DNA from: Bacteroidia bacterium
Lineage (GTDB): Bacteria > Bacteroidota > Bacteroidia > NS11-12g > UBA9320
Reading direction: 5' to 3'
Assembly (NCBI GenBank): GCA_044339595.1
Contig: JBIIVF010000003.1
Span: forward strand, 1 to 50,000
Length of the DNA: 50,000 nt
Shown here: positions 1 through 8,372 of the stretch, piece by piece
Numbering within the stretch: position 1 is the first letter of the stretch
How the letters are laid out: each line of letters begins with the position of its first letter
The notes under the pieces: generated by a model
Told to the model about the DNA's origin: nothing
Database searches by the model: none
Seen by the model: the letters and a program-made list of their open reading frames with translations, nothing else
Program-made: the position numbers and the translations under genes

Positions 1-549
1 CGCATGCACAGCTTCTGTAGTCCATTGCCAGGATTGAAGCAATCCGCCTTCTAGCTGCTCATTTCTTAATTTTCCCGCACCGAAATAATGAACGCCCAAG
101 CCGAATTGCTCTAAAGGAGTTCCATAACAGCATCCGGCAGAGAGACATCCCAAACGCTGTATAAACATCACCAGCATTGGGAAAAGGGCAAATGCATCGA
201 AAAAATGATCGTCGAATCGGAATAGCCGTTTGCAAAGAATCAAGGCAATAAATCCTCCGGCAAAACCGCCCAACGAACTTTTCTTGTGCAAATCAGGCAA
301 GGTTCCGTCTGATAAGAGCGCTTGAAAATCATTCAGATTCCAGGCGGATATTTTGGTGCCGGCTACGATAAAAATCAATAGAATAGCGATGGAAAGTGTC
401 CAGGGGATGATGGGGAATCTCCTTCTTATGCCTTCATACAGAAGCCATAATATACCCGTGAACATGGCCAGCTGATAGAAAAATGGATAGAGAAAATCAC
501 CGTTTGATAGTTCGATGAAGATGGTCGGGATATGCAATATGGTACGCAT
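1..549 (-). CDS. Prolipoprotein diacylglyceryl transferase (Lgt) family protein, partial (runs off the left edge)
   Basis: Not in the ORF track. My manual translation from ATG 549 is open to position 1: MRTILHIPT...KKSSLGGFAGG...QRLGCLSAGCCYG. It is hydrophobic and matches the Lgt RxGC..GCCYG motif. Confidence 0.75.
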   Translation of the reverse strand, partial: MRTILHIPTIFIELSNGDFLYPFFYQLAMFTGILWLLYEGIRRRFPIIPWTLSIAILLIFIVAGTKISAWNLNDFQALLSDGTLPDLHKKSSLGGFAGGFIALILCKRLFRFDDHFFDAFALFPMLVMFIQRLGCLSAGCCYGTPLEQFGLGVHYFGAGKLRNEQLEGGLLQSWQWTTEAVHA

Positions 550-713
550 AATGTGGTAGAATTAAGGGTTGGTACATCAAAGTTAATGATAACTGTTTGA
601 ATACCCCTTTTACACCAAGGGTGATTTTGATCAGATCTCTATGAAAATATTTGAGAAATGGATAGAGCCGTTTACAATTGGATTTTGTAACTGACCGGGA
701 AAGAAAATCGGCA

Positions 714-1376
714 TTACTCCCGCCACACAAAGCGATACAGCAAAACCGATAAAAAAACCAACATCACATCGAAAAGAAGAAGCACCCAGATGTCTTTGTA
801 TCCGGCCATATTCATGAGACCGGTGGCCACTTTCGAAGCCCTTACCGCTACCAGTACCAAAGGAATCAACAATGGAAAACTCAAAACCGGAACCAACAAG
901 TGATTCGATCCGGCTTTAGAAGCCAATGCACTCAAAGTGCCGACTAAAGCACTGAGCCCGGCAGAAAACAGGAACATCGTAGCTAAGAAAATACCCCAGT
1001 GAACAATTTCATTGCTTAAAAGAAGGATATAGGTGAGAATGCAGGCAATTCCGAGGATGAATGCCATAAAAATATTGTAAATTATTTTGCCCAGAATGAT
1101 GGCTTGGGGAGAAGCCATTTGATGCAAATACAACATCTTGCCTTGAGATTCTTGCAAAAACCCTCTTGCCACCGCCTGGATGGTCGTGAGCATTAAAATG
1201 ATCCAGAAAAGGCCATTCCACACCTGTGTTTTTAAACTTCCCAGACTCAGGTAGGCGATAAAAACAGCAGCCACCAATTGCAGCATAATACCGTTCAGTG
1301 CATGGCGTTGCTTCCATTCACTTTTGATTTCTTTTAAAAACAACAATTGTACCTGCCGGATTAGTGGTAATTCCAT
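714..1376 (-). CDS. ccmB: Heme exporter protein B (cytochrome c maturation)
   Basis: Multi-TM protein with KEIKSEWKQR, F..E.QG, GKIIYN and LVPVLSFPLLIP typical of CcmB. Start moved to ATG 1376, downstream of a TAATTTTG element. Confidence 0.85.
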   Translation of the reverse strand: MELPLIRQVQLLFLKEIKSEWKQRHALNGIMLQLVAAVFIAYLSLGSLKTQVWNGLFWIILMLTTIQAVARGFLQESQGKMLYLHQMASPQAIILGKIIYNIFMAFILGIACILTYILLLSNEIVHWGIFLATMFLFSAGLSALVGTLSALASKAGSNHLLVPVLSFPLLIPLVLVAVRASKVATGLMNMAGYKDIWVLLLFDVMLVFLSVLLYRFVWRE

Positions 1377-1395
1377 ATTTTTGCTGACAAAATTA
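1376..1395. promoter_or_regulatory. Overlapping bidirectional Bacteroidota -7 elements
   Basis: TATTTTTG (+, 1376-1383) and TAATTTTG (-, 1388-1395) lie between the divergent starts at 1376 and 1403. Confidence 0.65.
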
Positions 1396-1402
1396 AGAGG
1401 AA

Positions 1403-1861
1403 ATGCTATACCAGTTATCACAACTCAACACAGAAGAAAGAGAATTGATTTACGATGCTCCTGTTTGGGTGTCTATTTACGTGGCTTTGGCCGACAATCG
1501 CATCAAAAAAGAAGAGAGAAAGAAAATTGTAGAAACGGTTCACACCAAAACATTTTCTGAAAAAAATGACCTTTCGGAAATGTATAAGGATCTGGAAGTC
1601 AATATTGAATCGCGCATTCAAATAGCCATTGATCAGATTCCGGTTTTTCAGGAAGATAAAGAGCCTTTTGTGAGAGAAAAATTGGTGGCTGTTAATAGTG
1701 CCATGAAAAAGCTGGATAAAGTTTTTGCGAGACAATTGTACAAAAGTCTTAAGGATTTTGCTGTGATTACTGCTCAGGCTTCCGGGGGTGTTTTGGGTGT
1801 AAATCGCATCAATGAGACCGAAAAGGGTTTGTTGAATCTCGATATGATCGAACAACCGTAA
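1403..1861 (+). CDS. Hypothetical protein, TerB-like fold possible
   Basis: 152-aa ORF with helical pattern ALADNRIKKEE and AQASGG. It ends 10 bp before the next gene. Confidence 0.7.
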   Translation: MLYQLSQLNTEERELIYDAPVWVSIYVALADNRIKKEERKKIVETVHTKTFSEKNDLSEMYKDLEVNIESRIQIAIDQIPVFQEDKEPFVREKLVAVNSAMKKLDKVFARQLYKSLKDFAVITAQASGGVLGVNRINETEKGLLNLDMIEQP

Positions 1862-1871
1862 ATCACACGCG

Positions 1872-3341
1872 TTGAAAAAAATACTGATAGCCAACAGAGG
1901 CGAAATCGCCATTCGGGTAATGAAAACCTGTCAAAAGATGGGCATTGCCACCGTGGCCGTTTATTCTGAAGCAGATCGGAATGCCTTGCATGTCAGGATG
2001 GCCGATGAAGCCTTTTGTTTGGGGCCGGCACCCAGTGCACAATCGTATCTCAGGGGCGATAAAATCATTGAAATTTGTAAATCAGTGGGGGTGGATGGCA
2101 TTCATCCCGGATATGGGTTTTTAAGTGAGAATGCTCAATTTGCGAGAGATGTTCGTCAAGCCGGCATCACATTGATCGGCCCTTCTCCTGAAAGTATGGA
2201 AGTGATGGGCAGCAAATTGGCCGCTAAGAATGCCGTGGAAGCCTTTGGTGTGCCTTTGGTGCCCGGGATCAACAATGCAGTAACAGAAGTTCAGGAAGCC
2301 ATCGATACCGCCCGGAGAATCGGATTTCCTGTTTTAATCAAAGCCAGTGCCGGTGGTGGTGGTAAAGGAATGCGGATTGTTCATCAGGAAGAAAATCTGG
2401 AAGAAGAAATGAGCCGTGCCATCGGAGAGGCCAAAAGCGCCTTTGGAGATGGATCCGTTTTTATAGAGAAATATGTTTCCGGACCGCGACATATTGAAAT
2501 TCAGATTCTGGGCGATACCTTCGGTAATACATTGTATCTCTTTGAACGTGAATGCAGTGTGCAGCGCCGCCATCAAAAATTGGTGGAGGAAGCACCAAGT
2601 GCAATTCTGACCCCTGAAATGCGCAAGGCAATGGGAGAAGCCGCCGTGAATGTGGCTAAAGCCTGCAATTACAGCGGGGCTGGAACAGTAGAATTTTTGG
2701 TCGATGATCAACTCAATTTCTACTTCCTTGAAATGAACACCCGTTTGCAGGTAGAACATCCTGTAACGGAATTGATTACCGGACTGGATTTGGTCGAACA
2801 GCAAATCAAGGTGGCAAGGGGAGAAAAACTGAGTTTTGATCAGGACAGTCTTAAAATCAATGGTCATGCTATCGAACTTAGGTTGTGTGCCGAAAATCCT
2901 ATGAATGACTTTTTGCCGGATATCGGAAAATTATTGCGCTATGATAAACCGGTGGCAGATTTTATCCGGATTGATGATTGTGCAGAAACCGGATATGAAA
3001 TCCCCATTTATTACGACAACATGTTCGGAAAGTTGATTGTTTGGGGCGAAAATAGAACGGTGGCCATTGAACGAATGAAGTATGCCATTCGACATTTTTA
3101 TATTGATGGCATCGCCAATACCCTTGAATTTGGCATGTTTGTGATGCAACATCCTGCTTTTGTAAGTGGAAAGTTTGATACGCATTTTATCAAAGATCAC
3201 TTCAGTGCGGATGCCATGCAACAGATTTACAGAGAAGAGGAAGAAATTGCGGCTTTATTCACGGCCTGGAAGAACGCTCAAGATCATACTTTAGCCACGC
3301 CAACTGACGGGATTACCGCTTGGAGATCTAGATTGTCTTAA
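1872..3341 (+). CDS. accC: Biotin carboxylase subunit of an acyl-CoA carboxylase
   Basis: KILIANRGEIA, HPGYGFLSEN, GGGGKGMR, ERECSVQRRHQK and EMNTRLQVEHPVTE motifs. TTG start. Substrate (acetyl-, propionyl- or methylcrotonyl-CoA) not resolved. Confidence 0.92.
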   Translation: MKKILIANRGEIAIRVMKTCQKMGIATVAVYSEADRNALHVRMADEAFCLGPAPSAQSYLRGDKIIEICKSVGVDGIHPGYGFLSENAQFARDVRQAGITLIGPSPESMEVMGSKLAAKNAVEAFGVPLVPGINNAVTEVQEAIDTARRIGFPVLIKASAGGGGKGMRIVHQEENLEEEMSRAIGEAKSAFGDGSVFIEKYVSGPRHIEIQILGDTFGNTLYLFERECSVQRRHQKLVEEAPSAILTPEMRKAMGEAAVNVAKACNYSGAGTVEFLVDDQLNFYFLEMNTRLQVEHPVTELITGLDLVEQQIKVARGEKLSFDQDSLKINGHAIELRLCAENPMNDFLPDIGKLLRYDKPVADFIRIDDCAETGYEIPIYYDNMFGKLIVWGENRTVAIERMKYAIRHFYIDGIANTLEFGMFVMQHPAFVSGKFDTHFIKDHFSADAMQQIYREEEEIAALFTAWKNAQDHTLATPTDGITAWRSRLS

Positions 3342-3529
3342 TTACACTTGAAAACCTTGATGGATGCCGAAATAATTAAATAATGGGGCATTGTTGTGCT
3401 TTTTTTTTGATACGTATAGTCGCATATTTCCCTCTTTTGCAATTTTACCATTGTCCGACTTGAATTTTAATCGCTTTTCAGGGCTTTGCCCAAACATCAT
3501 CCCAAAATGAAAATGAGCTCGCTCCCCCA

Positions 3530-3798
3530 CTTCATTTTTTTTCTTGACAAAAAAAACGAAGCAAAAAAAGTCAAGGCTGTATTTCTCTTTTCTATCCGCT
3601 AAGGCCACGCAGGCGAATGCCACGATGGGAGCCACTTTTTGCATTTATTTGGGTTTTCTGTGTTCAGTGGTCAGTCGATATTAAGAAAAGGAAAAGTAGT
3701 TCGGTCGGCGTTCGCCCATCGCTTTCTTATCTGCTCAATGGGATAATTTGTTTTCACGCCTCCGTAACCCAGCGGATCACGAAAAGACAAATAAGGCC
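3530..3798. repeat. Structured intergenic element (pseudoknot plus long hairpin), MITE/REP-like
   Basis: Paired segments: CTTGAC 3543/GTCAAG 3570; CTTCATTTTTTT/AAAAAAACGAAG; ATCCGCT 3594/AGCGGAT 3771; GCGAATGCC 3613/GGCGTTCGC 3707. Confidence 0.55.
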
Positions 3799-3938
3799 AT
3801 TTCCCACTCGCAGGCCAGATTCTATTGATTTTCGTGTCAGATTTTTAATTTCAAAAACCGGATTTTCCGTAATAGTTTCTGAGAAAGATGATGTAATGAT
3901 AAAGACGAATTATCGAATTCTCGCTATACTGATTCAAG

Positions 3939-4841
3939 TTATGCGGGCTTTTCGGTACTCATAAACGACTCGAAAATTTCCTTCACATTCTTTTCGATGG
4001 TATCTGCCAATTGGTCTGTCGGGATGTCATTGGCGTCAGTACCAAAAGGATCTTCAATTTCTTCGGCAATCAGCTCTAAACTCGCCAATACATACAAAAT
4101 GAAAGCTACGACCGGGATGGTCCAATAACCCACCGTAAACACAAATCCAAATGGCAGGGTCATGACATAGAAGAAGATGAATTTCTTCAGAAAGACACTG
4201 TAGGAAAAAGGTATGGGTGTTTTTTTGATTCGCTCACATGCTCCGCAGATATCACTCAAGGATTGGAGTTCAGCATTGAGGGTGATGAGTTGATCACCAC
4301 TGATAAAGCCTTTTTGGTTTAAATTGTAGGTACGATCCATCAGATGAAAAGCGATCAAATTGGGGTAATGTGGTTTGTCGGTGTTGATGGATATTCCAAA
4401 GGGTTCGAGATCTTTTAAGTCTGTCGGGCGATTTCTGAGATGATGGCGAAGACTGCTTGCAAAGGCCGGAATCAGGGTTTTATAGAAATTGGCATTGTTG
4501 GGATGTTGATGTCGCAAAATGGCTTGCATTTTTAAAGCGAGGTTGCGGCTGTTGTTAACCAAGGCACCCCATTGACGGCGGCCTTCCCACCATCGGTCGT
4601 AAGCGGTATTGGTCCTGAAAACCAGCAATAAAGAAATCACCAAACCCAGGATGCTGTGCATCACCGGGATGTTCTTCAGCGAATTGGTATCGGACAGTTG
4701 AAGAATTTCCTTTTCTAACACAACCACCCCTGCCGAGTATACGCATACCGATAGAATGAGCGGAGCCAGTTTCCGCAGGGTATCTGCCTTGTGAAATTTG
4801 AAAATGAAACTAAACCACTCTTTTGGATTGTAATCGATCAT
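3939..4841 (-). CDS. Bestrophin-family ion channel (YneE/RFP-TM)
   Basis: LLLVFRTNTAYDRWWEGR, CERIKKTPIP and EIEDPFG motifs. Confidence 0.92.
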   Translation of the reverse strand: MIDYNPKEWFSFIFKFHKADTLRKLAPLILSVCVYSAGVVVLEKEILQLSDTNSLKNIPVMHSILGLVISLLLVFRTNTAYDRWWEGRRQWGALVNNSRNLALKMQAILRHQHPNNANFYKTLIPAFASSLRHHLRNRPTDLKDLEPFGISINTDKPHYPNLIAFHLMDRTYNLNQKGFISGDQLITLNAELQSLSDICGACERIKKTPIPFSYSVFLKKFIFFYVMTLPFGFVFTVGYWTIPVVAFILYVLASLELIAEEIEDPFGTDANDIPTDQLADTIEKNVKEIFESFMSTEKPA

Positions 4842-4845
4842 GCGG

Positions 4846-4853
4846 CAAATATA
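4846..4853 (-). promoter_or_regulatory. -7 promoter element TATATTTG, 4 nt before ATG
   Basis: Exact match to TAnnTTTG. Confidence 0.6.
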
Positions 4854-4862
4854 GGAGGTGAA

Positions 4863-5450
4863 TCAAATCGAAGATGAATGCTCGAGAAATTCAGTCAGTT
4901 TAGTCAAGGCGATTTTTCTATGGCTGATGGTGTTTTTTTCTTCGGCAGTCATTTCTGCAAAGGTGCGGTCATATCCATCCGGCATAAAAATAGGGTCATA
5001 ACCAAATCCCTTTTCACCGCGTTTTTCGTGGATGATATTTCCTCTGATTTCCCCTTCAAAAAAGTAATGCTCACCATCCCGGATAAAGGCAATCACGGTT
5101 ACAAATCGGGCGGATCGGTCCGCTTTATCCTCCAAATTTCGCAACAATAAATTCATATTGGCTTCAGGGTCTTTTTGCTCTCCGGCATAACGGGCGCTGT
5201 AAACTCCGGGTGCCCCATTCAGGGCAAACACTTCAAGTCCTGAGTCATCGGCGAAACAATCACAGTCCGTTCGTTCGAGCAAGTAGTTTGCTTTTTGCAA
5301 AGCATTGTCATGAAAGGTGTCGCCGGTTTCCGGAATTTCTTCCGTAATGCCAAAGTCTATGGGTGTTACGATGTGATACAAGTGACCCATCATCTGATTG
5401 ATTTCCTGAAGCTTATGCGGGTTTTGAGTGGCGAATACGAGTTTTTTCAA
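4863..5450 (-). CDS. rdgB: Non-canonical purine NTP pyrophosphatase (RdgB/HAM1)
   Basis: ATQNPHK, ADDSGL, PGVYSARYAG, GFGYDPIF and SHR motifs. Likely TTG start at 5450 (LKKLVFAT). Confidence 0.93.
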   Translation of the reverse strand: MKKLVFATQNPHKLQEINQMMGHLYHIVTPIDFGITEEIPETGDTFHDNALQKANYLLERTDCDCFADDSGLEVFALNGAPGVYSARYAGEQKDPEANMNLLLRNLEDKADRSARFVTVIAFIRDGEHYFFEGEIRGNIIHEKRGEKGFGYDPIFMPDGYDRTFAEMTAEEKNTISHRKIALTKLTEFLEHSSSI

Positions 5451-5805
5451 AGGATGTGAATTTGAGGCAATATTATTCTTTTTAAATGAAGGATGAAGAA
5501 TTGAAGTCGGGCAATCGGCCCTTTGCCCAAGAATTAGAGTAGGCATGCCCGGTGAATTTTGTGCTCATTCCCCGAAAATATGAAAAGCATCCTAACCTCA
5601 GAAAATCTGATTATCGTCTCCAAATATATCATTGGATTCATGCTTGAAGATTAGTTTCATCAGAAATCGGGGCCATTTTCGGCATAAAACGAAGTTACAG
5701 GGCTGGCAAGCCAATTGAAAATTCCGCAATGCGGGAATCAAAGATAAATTTAAGTCAATTTTATTCAATCTCCTCCTAGTATGACTTCTCCAACAAACCC
5801 TATCC

Positions 5806-7080
5806 TTAAATAAGTATCTTATAAAATTCGTAAGCCATTCTTTCCAAATCCGCTCTATGATTAGGATGCGCAATCGCAATCAGTTGCCGCATTCTTTCTC
5901 TCAAAGGCTGACCATGCAAAAAAGCCACACCATATTCCGTTACCACATAATGCGCGTGTGCGCGGGTTGTAACTACACCGGCTCCTTTGGTCAATTGCGC
6001 AACAATTTTGCTTTCACCCGATTTGGTGCAAGAAGGCAAAGCGATGATTGGTTTTCCACCGACGCTTTTGGAAGCGCCCCGAATAAAATCCATCTGACCA
6101 CCTACCCCGCTGTATAGTTTACTGCCGATAGAGTCAGCACATACCTGTCCGGTAAGATCTATCTCAATGGCACTGTTTACGGCGGTTACCTTAGGGTTTT
6201 TGCGAATGACATTGGTGTTGTTTACGTAAGTGATATCCAGGAATCTTACCATGGGGTTATCATCCAGAAAATTGTATAGTTTTTTACTGCCCAATGCAAA
6301 ACCGGTCACAATGTGGTGAGGATGGATGGCCTTATGTTGGTTGGTTATGATGCCTCTTTCTACGAGATCCACCAGGCCGTCGCTAAACATTTCGGTGTGT
6401 ACACCCAATTCTTTGTGGCCTCGCATGCCTTCTAAAGCGGCATTTGGAATGTTTCCGATGCCCATTTGTAAAGTCGCTCCATTTTCTACCAGGCCTGCTA
6501 CAAATCCGCCAATTTTCCGTTCGATATCCGTAATGGGTTTGAGTGGTGGCGAATAAATCGGGTAATCCACTTCCACCAGGGCAGCAAACTCGCTTACATG
6601 CAGCATGCCATCGCCATGGGTGCGTGGAAGGTTAGGATTTACCTCGGCAATGATTATTTTGGCTGTTTTGGCCGCGGCCATGGACGTATCAACGGAGGGT
6701 CCCAAGGTTACATAACCATTTCTATCCGGTGGCGAAACCATGAGCATAGCCACGTCGAGTTGAATAATTCCTTTTCGGAATAAATCCGGTATTTCGCTCA
6801 GAAAACAAGGAATATAATCTGCCCTGCCTTCTTGAACTGCTTTGCGCACATTTTCACCAATAAAAAAGCTATTGGTTCTGAAACTTTGTTCCATACCCGG
6901 TTCAGCGTACGGTGCCGGACCTTCGGTGTGCAGGTGGTAAATTTGGACATCTCTCAACTCCGCTGAGCGAGCAGTCATGGAGGTAATTAAAATCTGAGGC
7001 GCACATGCCACGCTATGGATAAACACTTTGTCATTGCTTTTAATCAGTGACACTGCGGCTTCCGGAGAGGTGTATTTCAT
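5806..7080 (-). CDS. Acetyl-CoA hydrolase/transferase family (4-hydroxybutyrate CoA-transferase-like)
   Basis: LQMGIGNIP, LGVHTEM and SGVGGQMDF motifs. Confidence 0.9.
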   Translation of the reverse strand: MKYTSPEAAVSLIKSNDKVFIHSVACAPQILITSMTARSAELRDVQIYHLHTEGPAPYAEPGMEQSFRTNSFFIGENVRKAVQEGRADYIPCFLSEIPDLFRKGIIQLDVAMLMVSPPDRNGYVTLGPSVDTSMAAAKTAKIIIAEVNPNLPRTHGDGMLHVSEFAALVEVDYPIYSPPLKPITDIERKIGGFVAGLVENGATLQMGIGNIPNAALEGMRGHKELGVHTEMFSDGLVDLVERGIITNQHKAIHPHHIVTGFALGSKKLYNFLDDNPMVRFLDITYVNNTNVIRKNPKVTAVNSAIEIDLTGQVCADSIGSKLYSGVGGQMDFIRGASKSVGGKPIIALPSCTKSGESKIVAQLTKGAGVVTTRAHAHYVVTEYGVAFLHGQPLRERMRQLIAIAHPNHRADLERMAYEFYKILI

Positions 7081-7300
7081 GGAAAGGTAGATTGATTTTT
7101 AAAATTTCCGCAAAAATGGAGTTTAAATCCAAAGAATCAGTTATTTTAAAAGTTATCTTATTACAAAAATCCCACTTATGTCTGATGGGCCGCTTGAATG
7201 AATAGTGAATCTCGGCGGCCATATGATATTCTGAAACCGGGATTCTAAGTAGGTCATTTGATTTTAACTCATGTCAGCATTTTTAAGGCTGATGCCGGTT

Positions 7301-8251
7301 TTATTCATGCTGAATCACCACCGAAGCCGCTCCCGTATATCCTGAATTTCTGGTTCTCAGATAATACAACCCATTTGGATATTTTCCGGTTTCGATCTCG
7401 AACTTCGATGGCACTTCAAACCATTCATCTACCTTTTGACCGAGGGCATTAAACAGGATAAGATGTTCGATTTTTTCTGAGGGGTTACCCTGATTGGATT
7501 CTATCTGTAAACGGTTAGAGGTGGGGTTGGGGTAAACTTTGAGGGCTTTGGATGATGCGATTTTATTAACAACACCGGGGTAGTATCTAAACACTTCCAT
7601 ACTATCAATTACCCAACCCAGGTTTGCGCTGCTTACAGAATCCGATACAAAGGTGAAGCGCACTTGTATTCTGTCGTTAGGGTATATTTTATAAAAATCG
7701 TAAATAAGGTCAATTCTGTCCCAAAATCCAAATGCTGCACCGGTAAATACAATATCTCCATTGGGTAACGTATCCAAAACATCATCGCCAAAGGTATAAT
7801 TTGACTGTATAATAATTTTATCAGCAGACTTAAAGCAATTTGTCCAGGTTTGGCCTGAATCTTCAGATAATTCAACTTTGCCATAATCTCCTTTTCCGAG
7901 ATCCATATAATGTGACCATGACAATTGCATGTAAAGATACGTTTGTTTGGCTGTAATGAAATCTATTGTGAAACTGGAGGTGTCATTTGATCTGTAATAT
8001 GCATTGGTGTCAGTATAAATATATCTTCGTCCGGGCGGTTGTTTATAACCTTTGTATCGGTTGCCGGCAAACCAGATATTTCCGGTATCCGGGTCCAAAC
8101 GTATACAAACCAATTTTGGGTTAGAAACAGGGCAGTATATGGTGCTGTCTTCCCCATCGAAATTTTGGGATTGGAATAATCCCACTGGTCCTTGAGAGAA
8201 TGCGGGGTGAACCAAAAACAATCCGAAAAGGAAAAAAATCAGCGCCCTCAT
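7301..8251 (-). CDS. Secreted protein with T9SS type A C-terminal sorting domain
   Basis: Signal peptide MRALIFFL...AFSQ. C-terminal VYPNP...FNALGQ...GLYYLR. Middle segment RFTFVSD...GWVID resembles a jelly-roll module. Confidence 0.8.
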   Translation of the reverse strand: MRALIFFLFGLFLVHPAFSQGPVGLFQSQNFDGEDSTIYCPVSNPKLVCIRLDPDTGNIWFAGNRYKGYKQPPGRRYIYTDTNAYYRSNDTSSFTIDFITAKQTYLYMQLSWSHYMDLGKGDYGKVELSEDSGQTWTNCFKSADKIIIQSNYTFGDDVLDTLPNGDIVFTGAAFGFWDRIDLIYDFYKIYPNDRIQVRFTFVSDSVSSANLGWVIDSMEVFRYYPGVVNKIASSKALKVYPNPTSNRLQIESNQGNPSEKIEHLILFNALGQKVDEWFEVPSKFEIETGKYPNGLYYLRTRNSGYTGAASVVIQHE

Positions 8252-8372
8252 GATTTGAATGATTGAATGTGAGAAAAATAAATTGAAACGAATATAGGTT
8301 AAATTTAGAAATTTAGGAAAGGAAATGTTACATTTGAGTAGGCGTAATTTGGCCAATGGCGATAATCCACAA

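Noticed and set aside
1418-3221. Long antisense ORFs here and elsewhere (e.g. 10464-11099, 32580-33059, 34685-35113)
   Set aside because: They are shadow frames of well-supported genes and lack independent signals.
3342-3964. ORFs 3342-3644 (-) and 3617-3964 (+)
   Set aside because: They show no recognisable motifs and overlap the structured repeat-like element, so they are likely spurious.
5451-5805. Possible small gene or ncRNA between rdgB and the CoA transferase
   Set aside because: It contains only short ORFs without motifs and no convincing extended structure.
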